Source: a virus. Taken from it: 64,000 nt of DNA. Under the pieces are notes generated by a model. That model saw only the letters and a list, made by a program, of their open reading frames with translations, was not told the origin of the DNA and did no database searches. The position numbers and the translations under genes are program-made. The stretch's first letter is position 1; every line of letters begins with the position of its first letter. The stretch covers positions 32,001 through 96,000 of IMG/VR virus record IMGVR_UViG_3300009506_000001; one strand, given 5' to 3'. This document shows positions 10,413 to 18,305 of the stretch, one piece after another.

Positions 10413-10931
10413 TTACGCAGGGACTGCTTGTTTCATTTGGGCCAATAGCTTGTCCATCTGGTTGATGTAAGCCTTGAAGGTCTGGGGAGATACTTGGCCC
10501 TGTTGCTGCGGAGCCTCTTGACCCTGTTGTGGAGTTCCTGCGGTTTGTGCAGCCTGACGGGTCTGGCGAAGTGGTGTACTTTTTACTGCCGTCGCCAATG
10601 CTTGTTTGGCCTGTGGCATCATTTGAGCGAGAGGAGTTCTCCCAGCTTTCTTCAACTCATCGGGAGCGACAAGCCCCTTTGAGGCTAGAAACGTCTGGAG
10701 ATCTTTTGCGGTTACTTGCTTTGCACTTTTGCCTTGAGATCCAGCCCACTTGTTGAATTCAATATTGAGGTCCTTGATTTTACGTTCAGCATCGGCCTTT
10801 GCACCAAGGTTAGCTGCTGTTCCCTTCATGCCAGGAATTTTGCCTGCAACCTTTGCTAGACCACGATTGATAAATTCAACTTCGTCTAGCTGTTTGACTT
10901 CAGTATTGATTGATTGGAGCAGTTTCATCAT
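10413..10931 (-). CDS. Hypothetical late protein, probable internal head protein
   Basis: AATAAATA directly before ATGATG; MMKLLQSINTE...LDE leader; Lys/Ala/Gln-rich. Confidence 0.65.
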   Translation of the reverse strand: MMKLLQSINTEVKQLDEVEFINRGLAKVAGKIPGMKGTAANLGAKADAERKIKDLNIEFNKWAGSQGKSAKQVTAKDLQTFLASKGLVAPDELKKAGRTPLAQMMPQAKQALATAVKSTPLRQTRQAAQTAGTPQQGQEAPQQQGQVSPQTFKAYINQMDKLLAQMKQAVPA

Positions 10932-11586
10932 CGTATTTATTGTGATGAAGATTTTCAACTGCTTTTTTGATAAGGAGAATTCGGTTCAGTTTCGGGATTG
11001 AGGTAGAACACAGGTTCTGTAAAGTCTTGCGAGCAACAAGGATTTTCGTGGCTTGCAACTCAACTGGTCCGGAGGCCACAAACATAGACATCTGTCCGAA
11101 AATATCTTCGGCATCAATTCCTACAGCTTCACTATCCAGTACTTTGAAAATTTCGGACGGACTGAACTTTCCGATTTCGTCTAAAACAGGGTGAATAACG
11201 AGCTTCATTACTCGACGGATCATTGGATGAACACTAATCTTCGTTGCACCAGACAGCTGGACGGATCGAGTGAAATGAGTGTAGAGGGCATCCTCTACTT
11301 CCTCAGCAATGTCGTTCCAGAAAGCAACAAACGTTGTGTCTTTACGACGCTTCTTACCGGTTCCAGTAACAACAGGAGCACCGTTGTCAACGACAATCGT
11401 TTCCGGTGTGAGGTGGTCCAGTAGGATCTCACGTGTCATGTCGATCGCTTCGATGATCTCAAAGGTGCTGAGAGTGTTTCGCAGATCTTCAACCGCAAGC
11501 GGTGTATTTGCCCGAACGAGCATTTTCATAGCAGGTTCGATCATGGGCAAAACATTCTCAGAAGTAAAACCGAGATCATTCGACAT
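10900..11586 (-). CDS. Hypothetical protein
   Basis: 228-aa ORF in the operon direction. Confidence 0.7.
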   Translation of the reverse strand: MSNDLGFTSENVLPMIEPAMKMLVRANTPLAVEDLRNTLSTFEIIEAIDMTREILLDHLTPETIVVDNGAPVVTGTGKKRRKDTTFVAFWNDIAEEVEDALYTHFTRSVQLSGATKISVHPMIRRVMKLVIHPVLDEIGKFSPSEIFKVLDSEAVGIDAEDIFGQMSMFVASGPVELQATKILVARKTLQNLCSTSIPKLNRILLIKKAVENLHHNKYDDETAPINQY

Positions 11587-11606
11587 AGCTTGTTACCTTT
11601 GTAATG

Positions 11607-11951
11607 TTAGCAGAAATCAGGGTCGTAGTTTAGCTCTTCAAAAGCGTTCTTCGACAACCAACTTTTTAGTTTCTCACCTGTCCAATACACAGACATCTCC
11701 TCATCAGGGTTGATACTTTCGAGGATAACTGATACTGGCTCAGGGGTGTTGATGTCATCATAACGCCACTCAACAATAATCGATTGTTTTGGCTTGAGAG
11801 CAACTTCCTGACGCTCGTCACGAGATTCACCTACACGAATCTTACAGTACTTTTTGACTGTATATTTTGTGGAGGCGATAGGAGTTTCTTGGATGGCTTG
11901 ACGAAGCCTCTCCTTAGAGTCTAGGTAATCTCTGAAGGTCATTTTCTCCAT
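11607..11951 (-). CDS. Hypothetical late protein
   Basis: AATAAATA at 11958-11965 just upstream; MTFRDYL leader. Confidence 0.7.
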   Translation of the reverse strand: MEKMTFRDYLDSKERLRQAIQETPIASTKYTVKKYCKIRVGESRDERQEVALKPKQSIIVEWRYDDINTPEPVSVILESINPDEEMSVYWTGEKLKSWLSKNAFEELNYDPDFC

Positions 11952-11978
11952 GACTAATATTTATTCGAATACTCCGTT

Positions 11979-12293
11979 TTACTCGCCAACTATTAACCAA
12001 AACACACGTTTACCAATCTTGAACTCCGTAAACTCGGGGCGAATTATGTTTCGCCACAAGTCTTGGTCAGGATCATTTTTGAACTTTTCGTTACCTTGCC
12101 GCTGTTTATTGATCTGTCTTACTTGACCAGTAGACTTAAAAAAGCCTACCTTAACCAACAAGGCAGGAAGGAAGATGTCACCTTTTTCGTTACGGACATC
12201 ATCCATATCGAACGTGATGGTCTCTTCCTTTTTGGAAACACCCAATAGCTCGAGGGCCACCAACGGTGAGCCGATAACGATATTGTCGATCAC
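11979..12293 (-). CDS. S4-like RNA-binding domain protein (resembles the TyrRS C-terminal domain)
   Basis: LPALLVKVGFFKSTGQVR...FKIGKRVFWL pattern. Confidence 0.55.
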   Translation of the reverse strand: MIDNIVIGSPLVALELLGVSKKEETITFDMDDVRNEKGDIFLPALLVKVGFFKSTGQVRQINKQRQGNEKFKNDPDQDLWRNIIRPEFTEFKIGKRVFWLIVGE

Positions 12294-12472
12294 TTTGCTT
12301 CACTCTCTTTTCTGGATGCTCGCCACGCTTCGTTGGCCCCAGATTGAGCACGGGCCGCACATTGACGAACGCCAATAATGTCACCTTCTTCAAGTGCGTT
12401 GAGGGCTGCCCACAGCTCGGATTCAATTTCCTTTTTCAGGTCATCAAGTTGGCTCACGTGGCCTCCAGGCAC
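12290..12472 (-). CDS. Hypothetical small helical protein
   Basis: Stop overlaps the next start; sigma70-like promoter upstream. Confidence 0.55.
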   Translation of the reverse strand: MPGGHVSQLDDLKKEIESELWAALNALEEGDIIGVRQCAARAQSGANEAWRASRKESEAK

Positions 12473-12487
12473 TATTCAATGGAGTAT

Positions 12488-12516
12488 ACAGTACAGTGGA
12501 AAACCTGAAAAGTCAA
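12488..12516 (-). promoter_or_regulatory. Host sigma70-like promoter
   Basis: TTGACT-17 nt-TACTGT right after the capsid terminator. Confidence 0.5.
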
Positions 12517-12524
12517 CAGGCAAT

Positions 12525-12552
12525 AAAAAAGGGCGTCCGAAGACGCCCTTTT
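12525..12552 (-). terminator. Intrinsic terminator after the major capsid gene
   Basis: AAAAGGGCGTC-TTCG-GACGCCC-TTTTTT (cUUCGg loop). Confidence 0.9.
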
Positions 12553-12579
12553 CTGCTTTACGACTAACGTCGCTACTAC

Positions 12580-14043
12580 TTAGGCAATATCAAGAGCCTG
12601 AACTGTGATCTTACCGTAGTAGTCACGGCTGTTACCCAACGATGTTGTTGGATCCGTGAAGCTGGTCTTACCATAACGAGTCATCAAGGAGACAACTGGC
12701 TGGAATGTGACTGGGTTAACAATCACGCCAGAGCTCATCAATGGGATGTATGGTGCGTAGAAGTAACCAGCATCCGTTTCACCGTTACCACCCTTGTAAC
12801 CAAGGAGGATTGTGTCGTTACCGTCGTTACGAGCGGCAGCAGTTGGATCAGAGAAAATACCATCTGCAGGTGAGTTAACACCTAGAACACCAGCCTGGTT
12901 CCATAGGTAGCTGTAGACCTTGATTGTGCCGTTAAGCGTACCAACTAGCATTGTGTTGTTAGGACCCTTGAAGGAACCGCTAACAGCTGGAGCAAAGACG
13001 GACTTAGCAGCAGACTGTAGAACGGAAACGACCATTGGGGAAGCAACCATGAAGTTAGCAGAACCACGACGTGTACGACGGCCAATCTCGTTAGCAACGA
13101 AGTTAACAAGAACACCTAGGTTAGCTAGGCGGTCACCGATGTAAGCTGGGGTGTAGTTACCAGCTGTACCGTATGCACCAGCACCAGCACCGTCAAATAC
13201 AGCTGTTGTACCAGCAAGAGCGATAAGATCACCAAGGATCTCGGAATCGATTTCCTGAACGATTTCAGCGGAAAGACCCTGAGTCATCTCGGACTCTAGA
13301 TCCAAACCGTGCTGTGCGTTCAAGTCCTGCATGGCCTCGATTGTCCAACCAGCCTGTAGCTTACGGCTACGAGCTTCAACTGCCTGGCTGACAACCTCTA
13401 GGCTCATCTTACGACCACCAGAACCTTCGATTGTGGAACCGGAACCACCAACCGTACAACCAGCTGTTGCGTCAAGGGTGGAACCCCAACCTTCACCAGT
13501 TGTTGTAGTAGCTGCGATATCAGCAACACCATCCTGCTCACCAAGACCGGAAGCACCAGCTGTCTGGGCATCGTCTGGAGCACCTAGTGGGGAAGCACTA
13601 GAAACAGCACCGGAATAGAAGCTACGTAGGTATGGGTTGAAACCAGCAACCGAAGTTGGGTTACCAAATGCTTCATCACCAGCTGTGATGCTCTGCTCGC
13701 CAACGGTAGTAGATGGGAAACGACCGTTATCGGTAGCAGCCTCACCATACTTGTAACGTAGGGAGTAAACTAGGCCAACTGGACCGGACATTGGCTGAAC
13801 ACCAACAAGCTCAGTAGCAATTGTACCTGGGATGACACGACGGATCATTGGGATAAGAATCTTACGGAAACCGGCGATGTCGTGTGCAGCTGTGGAACCA
13901 TGTGGCTGACCAGCTGCTGTTTCATGAAGAACGTAGTTCTTCTGGTTTTCTAGAAGAGGACCAACGACCTTGGCCTGTGCGGCATCAAGACCTTCCATCA
14001 AGGCTTCTTTGGTCTCACTCCAATTTTCAAACATTTCGTCCAT
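12580..14043 (-). CDS. gp23: Major capsid protein
   Basis: LLENQ, VGVQPMSGPVGLVYSLRY, ARSRKLQAGWTIEAMQDL, GYFYAPYIPL, FQPVVSLMTRYG. Confidence 0.97.
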   Translation of the reverse strand: MDEMFENWSETKEALMEGLDAAQAKVVGPLLENQKNYVLHETAAGQPHGSTAAHDIAGFRKILIPMIRRVIPGTIATELVGVQPMSGPVGLVYSLRYKYGEAATDNGRFPSTTVGEQSITAGDEAFGNPTSVAGFNPYLRSFYSGAVSSASPLGAPDDAQTAGASGLGEQDGVADIAATTTTGEGWGSTLDATAGCTVGGSGSTIEGSGGRKMSLEVVSQAVEARSRKLQAGWTIEAMQDLNAQHGLDLESEMTQGLSAEIVQEIDSEILGDLIALAGTTAVFDGAGAGAYGTAGNYTPAYIGDRLANLGVLVNFVANEIGRRTRRGSANFMVASPMVVSVLQSAAKSVFAPAVSGSFKGPNNTMLVGTLNGTIKVYSYLWNQAGVLGVNSPADGIFSDPTAAARNDGNDTILLGYKGGNGETDAGYFYAPYIPLMSSGVIVNPVTFQPVVSLMTRYGKTSFTDPTTSLGNSRDYYGKITVQALDIA

Positions 14044-14089
14044 TTTAATCTCCTTAGAGTTGAGTTTGTTTGTTAATACTTACTAGCGA

Positions 14090-15037
14090 TTACTTAAGCC
14101 CTGCTAGACGCTGTAGGCGAACACGAGCAGCCTCTGTTAGGTGCTCTTTGCCTGCTACATCTTCAGCAGCTCTTTCTTCTTTCAAGGTTTCATCGTCACC
14201 AGTGACAACCTTACCGTCACTTTCGGACAACACTTCACCTTCATCTTCGGTGCCTTCAGCTAGTACTGTATCTTCCTTCTCTGAAGCCTCCTCAACGACC
14301 TCTGCACTCTCACGTAGTACACGGCCGATGAAGGTTTGATAGCCCTCTTCAAGCTGTTCTGTTGCAACGTTACGAAGGATAGCCTCCATAACCTCACGGG
14401 AACGACCTGTCAAAGGTTTTAGCACTGTCGTGAGCTTAGCGTCACGCTCCATCTTGGCCAACTTACGCTCGCTCTCTTCAAGAGCAGCAGTTGTGTCAGA
14501 TAGACGCTCTTCTGTCTCACGTAGTGTTCCTTCTAGGGACTCGTCATCAGCATAGTTTGTTGCGTACTCGTTAGCGAATGCTTCGAAGAGCTTACGGCCA
14601 AACTGGACCTTACGTGCGTCTTCGATATCTTCACGGAGTTCTTCAACTTCAGCTGCTAGGCGAATCTCCAAAAATGCGTCGAGTTTCTCGACAAGTTCTG
14701 CTAGGTCAGACTTGAGCTCCTCGCCCATCTCCGACTTAGCTTCAACCACCTTTTCAGCATACTCAGCTTCTAGGTCACGGAAACGATTAATGTCGTCCTT
14801 AAGCTCAGCAACTTCTTCCGCTAGGAAATCACCAATCTTGGTGTCAATTGCTTCGATTAGGGCATCACGCTCCTGCATCCACTGCTCAGTTAGCTCGGTG
14901 CGAACGTCAGCCTCAGTAGCCTTACGGACTTCTTCGACTGCCTCAGTTAGCTTTGTGCTTAGAGCTGTTTCAAGTTCTTTCTTTGTATCCTCAGAAAGCA
15001 CTTCAGCCTCTAGCAATTTTTGAAGTAGTTCTTCCAT
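14090..15037 (-). CDS. gp22: Prohead core scaffold protein
   Basis: Acidic coiled coil; GRKLFEAF motif; upstream of the capsid gene; start placed at MEELL after a GAGGAG RBS. Confidence 0.85.
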   Translation of the reverse strand: MEELLQKLLEAEVLSEDTKKELETALSTKLTEAVEEVRKATEADVRTELTEQWMQERDALIEAIDTKIGDFLAEEVAELKDDINRFRDLEAEYAEKVVEAKSEMGEELKSDLAELVEKLDAFLEIRLAAEVEELREDIEDARKVQFGRKLFEAFANEYATNYADDESLEGTLRETEERLSDTTAALEESERKLAKMERDAKLTTVLKPLTGRSREVMEAILRNVATEQLEEGYQTFIGRVLRESAEVVEEASEKEDTVLAEGTEDEGEVLSESDGKVVTGDDETLKEERAAEDVAGKEHLTEAARVRLQRLAGLK

Positions 15038-15133
15038 TCTTTCGCTCCTCTGTAACTTAGAGTTTGTTGTGTTCAAATGAAGTTTACGTAAACTTATTGT
15101 TTTACAATTGTTATTTATGTTGCTTTAATACAC

Positions 15134-15168
15134 AAAAAGGTTTTTATCCCCTTGCGGAGATAAAAACC
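15134..15168 (-). terminator. Intrinsic terminator
   Basis: GGTTTTTATCTCC-GCAA-GGGGATAAAAACC-TTTTT. Confidence 0.8.
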
Positions 15169-15225
15169 CTATAGTTTTGGGGAAGTTATGATAACCCTAA
15201 AGTAGGTATTTATTTGAACTTTTTG

Positions 15226-15438
15226 TTATGCAACAACTGCATATGTGGCAATATCGTACCAGTCGGCAGCTTCACCTGCTGGGGAGCCAGCAGCCTGACG
15301 TGCAACTGCAACTGCACCCAAACCACCATTTGCATCAGATACAAAAACCAAGTTACCAAGATAATCAGCTGCTACAGGTAGAGTTGCTAGTGTATACGAG
15401 ACCAGTTGAGCTGGACGTCCATTATTTAATAGTGCCAT
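15226..15438 (-). CDS. 70-aa putative capsid decoration protein, paralog 2
   Basis: MALLNNGRPAQLVSYTLATLP...; near-duplicate of 15465-15677; AAGGAA RBS. Confidence 0.7.
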   Translation of the reverse strand: MALLNNGRPAQLVSYTLATLPVAADYLGNLVFVSDANGGLGAVAVARQAAGSPAGEAADWYDIATYAVVA

Positions 15439-15464
15439 TTGCGTATTCCTTTTAAAACTTTGTA

Positions 15465-15677
15465 TTAGGCTACAACTGTGTAGTCGACAACATCGACCCA
15501 TTCAGCAGCTTCACCAATTGGAGAACCACTGGTGTAACGTGCAACTGCAACTGCACCCAAACCACCATTTGCATCAGATACGTAGACCAAGCTGCCAACG
15601 TGCAGTGCAGCTGCTGGTAGAGTTGCTAGCGTGTAAGAGACCAGCTCAGCTGGACGTCCGTTATTTAATAGTGCCAT
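15465..15677 (-). CDS. 70-aa putative capsid decoration protein, paralog 1
   Basis: YTLATLPAAA..G.LVYVSDA motif; late promoter at 15720-15727; located in the head cluster. Confidence 0.7.
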   Translation of the reverse strand: MALLNNGRPAELVSYTLATLPAAALHVGSLVYVSDANGGLGAVAVARYTSGSPIGEAAEWVDVVDYTVVA

Positions 15678-15719
15678 TTTTCTTTCTCCCGTTAAGTAAG
15701 TTTAAAGTATTTGTTATAT

Positions 15720-15727
15720 TATTTATA
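15720..15727 (-). promoter_or_regulatory. T4-type late promoter TATAAATA
   Basis: Exact motif. Confidence 0.75.
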
Positions 15728-15735
15728 AAACAAAG

Positions 15736-16371
15736 TTATTTCTTGGCGTACAAACCCTGGTTGATGAAATCAATAATTGCTTTCTTGAAGTACTCTTGAG
15801 CATCAGGATCTTCCTTAACGGTCTCTGCCAAGGTCATTGCTTTGCGTCCTTTGCTGTTCATCATCATGGATTCATAAACGGCTTCTGGTACTGCACCAGG
15901 TGCAGAAGGTGTTGCAACAAGATCAACTGTAACAAAGTTGAAATCCGAAACACCACCACCTTCATTGACAGCACCAGCACCACGACTGGAGACGCCAATC
16001 TTCACACCACTCTTTACGAGCTCACGAGCAATGTTGCCCATTGGAGTGCCAAGTAGCTTAGCCTTCCCAACAGCATTGTTGCCCTCCATACGCATCTCTG
16101 TGATGACGTGAGAGATACGGTCAAGATTGATTGTAAGCGTCTGTGGATGATCTAGCTCACCGAAGATACCACCATGTTCCTTAATAGTCTGCTGAGCATT
16201 GTCAACAGCCTTAGTAAGTTCAGATAGTGGGTAGATACGACCGTTCCGATTCTTCAGTTCTGCCTGCATATACACGCCAGAAAGCCAGACATTTTTACCG
16301 TCATGGCTAGCTTCTGTGATAAGACCAGCCTCTTCAGCACCAAGTGATTCGATCAGTAGTGAATGTTCCAT
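15736..16371 (-). CDS. gp21: Prohead protease
   Basis: NRNGRIYP, GELDHP, INLDRISH, GVSSRGAG, DLVATPSAP. Confidence 0.95.
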   Translation of the reverse strand: MEHSLLIESLGAEEAGLITEASHDGKNVWLSGVYMQAELKNRNGRIYPLSELTKAVDNAQQTIKEHGGIFGELDHPQTLTINLDRISHVITEMRMEGNNAVGKAKLLGTPMGNIARELVKSGVKIGVSSRGAGAVNEGGGVSDFNFVTVDLVATPSAPGAVPEAVYESMMMNSKGRKAMTLAETVKEDPDAQEYFKKAIIDFINQGLYAKK

Positions 16372-16394
16372 GATTCTTTCCTTGTCAAATTGAC

Positions 16395-17201
16395 TTATTC
16401 GACCTTACCGAATTTATTCTTTGCACGAAGAGCAAATTCAATCTCGTTCTGTCTTTCAAACTCTGCGGAACCTTTCTTGTGAGGACCAGACTTCTTGAGT
16501 TTTGCAAGCATTGACTTTAGCTCTGCTTCGGTCTTGCCTTTGTACTTGCCCTTTTCCTTGGTGTCCATTTTACCTGGGTGTGCCCACTTTTCGGCAAGCT
16601 CTTTACCATCACGGGAACCGTGAACGTTGCGAGCCTTATCGGTGCGACGATCTTCTTTCATGCCGTCACCGTGAGGGCTCTTTGTACCCATTGGAGCATC
16701 CTTTAGGCCCCTAGCACCTTTGTCTTCGGACTTGGCACCACGGGAATTATCCTTGTGAGGAACATCTTTGTAAGCGTCACCACACTTCTCGTCGGCACCA
16801 GACTTGCTATCTGCCTTTAGCTTACGAGCGTCTTTCTTGACCTTCTCATAGCCATATCCACGAGAGTTATCCTTGTGAACAACTTTCTTGTATGCTTCAC
16901 CACGATCACGATTCATCATAGACTTGTCGTGGGACATTGCGGACTCCTTCATTTTTTCTTTCTTTTCTTCCTTCTCGTCGTCCTCGTCTTCGTCCTCATC
17001 CTCGTCTTCGTCTTCGTCGTCTTCTTTCTCTTCCTTCTCGCCCTTTTCTTCCTTCTCTTCTTTCTCGTCTTCCTCTTCCTTTTCTTCACCTAGGACGATT
17101 CCACGAGTCTTAGAAGCAAGATAGTCATGAAGGTGCTTGGATGCAGCATCCGTGTCATCAGAGATGATTGCTTCAAGCATAGCACGTAGATGTTTCTTCA
17201 T
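16395..17201 (-). CDS. Prohead core protein (gp67-like) with an acidic tract and basic C-terminal segments
   Basis: Between portal and protease genes; E/D tract; N-terminal helix shared with 17214-17366. Confidence 0.7.
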   Translation of the reverse strand: MKKHLRAMLEAIISDDTDAASKHLHDYLASKTRGIVLGEEKEEEDEKEEKEEKGEKEEKEDDEDEDEDEDEDEDDEKEEKKEKMKESAMSHDKSMMNRDRGEAYKKVVHKDNSRGYGYEKVKKDARKLKADSKSGADEKCGDAYKDVPHKDNSRGAKSEDKGARGLKDAPMGTKSPHGDGMKEDRRTDKARNVHGSRDGKELAEKWAHPGKMDTKEKGKYKGKTEAELKSMLAKLKKSGPHKKGSAEFERQNEIEFALRAKNKFGKVE

Positions 17202-17213
17202 TGTCGTATCCTT

Positions 17214-17366
17214 TTAGTCGTCTGTGTCTGGAGTCTCATCAGGAACTCCGTGAATTTCTTCACGCATTCTATCACTTAGATAGTCATGGAATGCGATCTG
17301 AGCCTCTTCAGGTTTGTCATTGATCAATGCGTCTAGCATTGTATTCAGCTTGTCTTTATCAGCCAT
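17214..17366 (-). CDS. 50-aa prohead core protein (gp67-like paralog)
   Basis: Below the ORF-track cutoff: MADKDKLNTMLDALINDKPEEAQIAFHDYLSDRMREEIHGVPDETPDTDD; GAGGAG RBS; late promoter at 17385-17392. Confidence 0.75.
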   Translation of the reverse strand: MADKDKLNTMLDALINDKPEEAQIAFHDYLSDRMREEIHGVPDETPDTDD

Positions 17367-17435
17367 AACAAATTCTCCTCTTACTATTTATGGGTTTAGA
17401 CGTATTTACTTTTGTTTTTACGCCGCTCCCTAATA

Positions 17436-18275
17436 TTAAAGGTCGAATTCTAGACGATAACCAACGATTGTACCGCTGTCGCTGATTGCAGTCTGTGCAG
17501 TTGTCAAGGCTGTGCCAGAAAGAGCAGCACCCCAATCGGAGGTCCCATCCCACATACGAATCGTTGTACCATCAACTAGATAGTAATCTGTGGAAACCTT
17601 GTAAACAGTTGCTGCAGAGCTCCAGTTGACATCGTCGGAAGTTTTCACATGATCCTGGAACCATGCACCTGCATCAGGGTCATGGTATTCAAAAGTCCAA
17701 GCAACTGGAGCACCTGTATCGACCATTGCTGCTGGAACAGTGATGGCGTAAGACGTTACATCTGGAAGAGTACGGCTTGGAGCGTCCGCACCCGTGTAGA
17801 ACATGTACTGCAATGAAAATGGATCAGCCGCTGTAACCTTATCGGTTGTCGTCCAGTAGGTGAGGAAGTTGTTATCAATTAGGGTATAAATCTGACGACG
17901 TGTTTTGATAGCTGCACGCCAATCCGATACAATCGTGATTGTTGTGTTAGGCTCACCACGTCGGTTTGATGTGAATGTGTCACAACCGACCTCATATGTA
18001 CCTGCATATGTTCCACTTGTGATTACACGTGACCACGTATGTGCACCTGCACTACAAGCGGTGTGACCCAAATCAGCTTCAAACATATCAACGTCTGGGG
18101 TAGCGGAACTACTATCGTCGTCGTAGAGATATTCAATCTCCATGATGCTGACAGGTGTTTCATTATCAGCGGATTCTGTGATGTTTAGCCGCCAACCATT
18201 TGCCTGCAGTGCAAAGGTGGATGCTGAAGCAACAAGTAGCATTAGGCCTGCAAAAGCAGCAAAGAATTTGTTCAT
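17436..18275 (-). CDS. Secreted (signal peptide) protein with a discoidin/galactose-binding-like fold
   Basis: MNKFFAAFAGLMLLVASASTFA signal; WRLNIT...SIMEIE and SYAIT...PVAWTFE motifs; late promoter at 18303-18310. Confidence 0.65.
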   Translation of the reverse strand: MNKFFAAFAGLMLLVASASTFALQANGWRLNITESADNETPVSIMEIEYLYDDDSSSATPDVDMFEADLGHTACSAGAHTWSRVITSGTYAGTYEVGCDTFTSNRRGEPNTTITIVSDWRAAIKTRRQIYTLIDNNFLTYWTTTDKVTAADPFSLQYMFYTGADAPSRTLPDVTSYAITVPAAMVDTGAPVAWTFEYHDPDAGAWFQDHVKTSDDVNWSSAATVYKVSTDYYLVDGTTIRMWDGTSDWGAALSGTALTTAQTAISDSGTIVGYRLEFDL

Positions 18276-18305
18276 GTTCATCTCCTCAAGAAGTTATAAC
18301 GGTAT

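Noticed and set aside
15226-15677. Duplicated genes as a DGR template/variable pair
   Set aside because: Both copies are intact ORFs, the differences are not adenine-specific, and no reverse transcriptase is in the window.
16930-17090. TCTTC/TCG-rich low-complexity tract as a satellite repeat
   Set aside because: It simply encodes the Glu/Asp/Lys tract of the core protein.
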